Origin: Sphagnum compactum
Taxonomy: Eukaryota
Direction: 5' to 3'
NCBI GenBank assembly: GCA_965153455.1
Contig: OZ234494.1
Location: 12,958,001-13,022,000 of the forward strand
Length of the DNA: 64,000 bases
A program made the position numbers and the translations under genes. Of the stretch, positions 61,376-64,000 are shown piece by piece (the stretch's first letter is position 1; each line of letters opens with the position of its first letter). The notes below the pieces were generated by a model. The model was given only the letters and a program-made list of their open reading frames with translations. It was not told the DNA's origin and did no database searches.

Positions 61376-64000
61376 CTTTTGTATTTCATTTAATTTCTTT
61401 GATGTTAATGAAAAATCCATCTCCAAGACCTACATTTTACCTTATGCATATATACACACAATATTAGAATCCAAGTGAATGTCAACCCTACAAACACACA
61501 AAAGCCTGGAAATATCAAAAAACTTAATAAGGAACTAAAAGCAACAACCCCACCTTCTTTCATTAACATGTTTTCCACAACTTGCATCTCTGACTATGCG
61601 TTTTTCAACTCAATCTAAGCCCTTTGCTTCTTGTCATTAGTAACAAGTCTATCAAAGTTGAAAGCTTTCAACTCCAAATCGATCACTTCCTTTACATCCA
61701 TCAACACTTTCAATTTTGCTTCCATGTCAAGAAGTGAAGTTGCACCCATGAAATCTTTCCTTGAACTTGTGTCTACATGACTTCCCAACATAGTAGTTCC
61801 TACGTAAAACACCTTTAAACTCCTTGGGCCATCGATTGCTTCCACCTTTGACTGCAACATTGCATTCTTAACAACTTTGAAATGCGAGGGTGGAAGACCT
61901 ATAATCCTTGCTTGCTCCACTTGAATTTTATTGGTTTTTGTAACATGCCCCACGTAATCAACCTATAAGCCTTTCCACTCTACCAATATACCTCTCACAA
62001 AATACAAAGAAATGGTAGCTACAATACTTGATTTTTGGTGCACAACTAGCCACAAAGATTCAATGCAAGATTTCATCCCAAGGCTCGACCCCTTCAAATA
62101 TTTATATGGATTTTTTCCCTTTTGTGGGCCCCATTGAGCATCGCACTACTCGGTCTTCATGTATTCTTCGTTGTTATCACTTAAAGAATGAAAATTGATC
62201 CCATTGGTAAGGAGCCCAATCATATCTCGAAAGTATTCCCACGATAATGGACTAGAATGCTTGAATATTTTTGTGGATTGGCTACCAAGAAATTCCATAT
62301 TTTCACTTGCTGCAAAAAAAGAAAAACCTTTTAATAATACTCTACAATTATTGAGACTACATCTGATACAAGGTGTTGTTGTGAAACAATTTCGTAGTGT
62401 TTCCACATGTTTCTCAATCGTGAAGCTTCAGGGATCCTTTACCCATGCAAAATTTGGCATTAGTAGTCCTGCCTCTAAGATTTTTGTAAATCGTCCGTCA
62501 TTGATTACAATCCAACCTTTAAACTCTAAATGTGTTATGGAAGCCTTTCAAAACTGACCACATCACAAATCCAAATAGTTTTCCACACCACTATTGATGA
62601 CTCCCCATAGCTCAATGTCCTCATAAATGTTCACATGGCTTTGTTTCATGCATTGAATCGGAAAACACCACCATTCCAATCCCACTACTACTTTGTACAA
62701 AGAGTTTTTTTTGTTAAGGGCTAAGAAACTAGGTATACCAAATTCCATTGTGAGGTGGCAAAAAGTCATTAGTTGATAATCATTGGTGACCTCCAATACT
62801 AGGTGAACTTGCTTGGTTATCGAACTAGTTAGGATTTCCTATTATTGCATGTATTTATTTGCCCAACAAAAGAAGACAATCTTTTTTAATTCCTTGGACC
62901 CCTTAATGAAACTAGAACCCTTTCTTAATTTCAATCAATTTTTTTTTCCTACTATGATTGTCCACATTTTGGGGGCATTTTGAAATATAAAAAAATATTG
63001 AATATATGATCATTTTGTAGACACCCTAAAAAAGTGACACCCCATTGTATATTAACTGTTTTGGAGCTTTACTTGCAAAGCAATCTAGTTGTCACATACA
63101 TGATTTCTCATAGTGTAGCCTATTTAATTAGGTAGCCTAGTCTAATTATATAGGTGGCCTTAACTAACTTAGGTAGGTAGCCTCACTTAGCTTGCAAGGT
63201 GTTAAGTTTCCTAGCCTAACTTTAAATTGCTAGGTAATTAGGAAGCTTCACCTATTGTAACTTAGGTAGGTATCTAGGTTAAAATCTAATCACATAGTTG
63301 TAATACAATCACAATATAGTCACAATGATGACAAAAGGTATATGACTAAATTGAACATAGGATTAAATGACTAGAACCAAGACACAAAACCATTAAATGT
63401 TTTAATCATGAAAGACACATTTCAACATTGTGCAATCAACATTTAATGTTTAACTTAATATACATAGGAGGCCCATGCCTTCTCCACCCCCCGTGTCCCA
63501 ATGAAACTTAACAAAAGATGACCCTTTTACCCTAATCCAAACAATTTAAAGACAAAAGTCATATTAAGAAAAAAACCTAAATTAATAATCATATTTGAAC
63601 AAAGGGACTCAACCCTAATCACTGCCTATATATATATAATGAGTGGCTATGGGTAACATGCGCAATAGCCCATTCACATGAAACAATTAACATACAAACA
63701 CAAAGACATAAAGTCACAACAATTAATAATTAACTTTGTGTGACAACATTTCCATTGTTTGTTTTGATGACTTAATTTTCCAAAGTAAACACAAGGAAAC
63801 AATCATGGCTTTGTCATGAAGGCTTTTGAATGAACACAATACATGTTGGCTCTTTTTAAGAATTAAATTATGCTTATAATGTGAAAGTCTTTTATTCTAT
63901 TTACAATTTCATGGCATGATGCATAATTTATGTCAATTCATAATAATGAACTAAATGAAGTGAAGATTGTAAACCATTAATGATGCATTTTGGTTACAAA

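Overview
Repeat-rich eukaryotic DNA from a land plant with flagellate sperm. The repeat landscape and gene style look like a bryophyte, most likely Sphagnum (inference). There is one probably intact two-exon gene (560-1915, minus strand). A full-length, intron-containing but broken DNAAF5/HEATR2 (axonemal dynein assembly factor) copy with at least 8 lesions lies at 9382-16558. About 300 bp after it starts a large palindrome: near-identical ~4.85 kb arms at 16856-22418 and 49068-53918 around a ~26.6 kb spacer. The spacer holds a third, older, TE-fragmented copy of the same unit, which carries a decayed ORF I cannot assign. The paralogous copies supply empty sites for three of four non-autonomous Helitrons and for a nested Tourist MITE cluster. 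The rest is TE debris (CRE-like REL-endonuclease LINE, hAT, copia, gypsy-like, foldback) and tandem repeats. Family assignments come from motif recognition by eye, not database searches.
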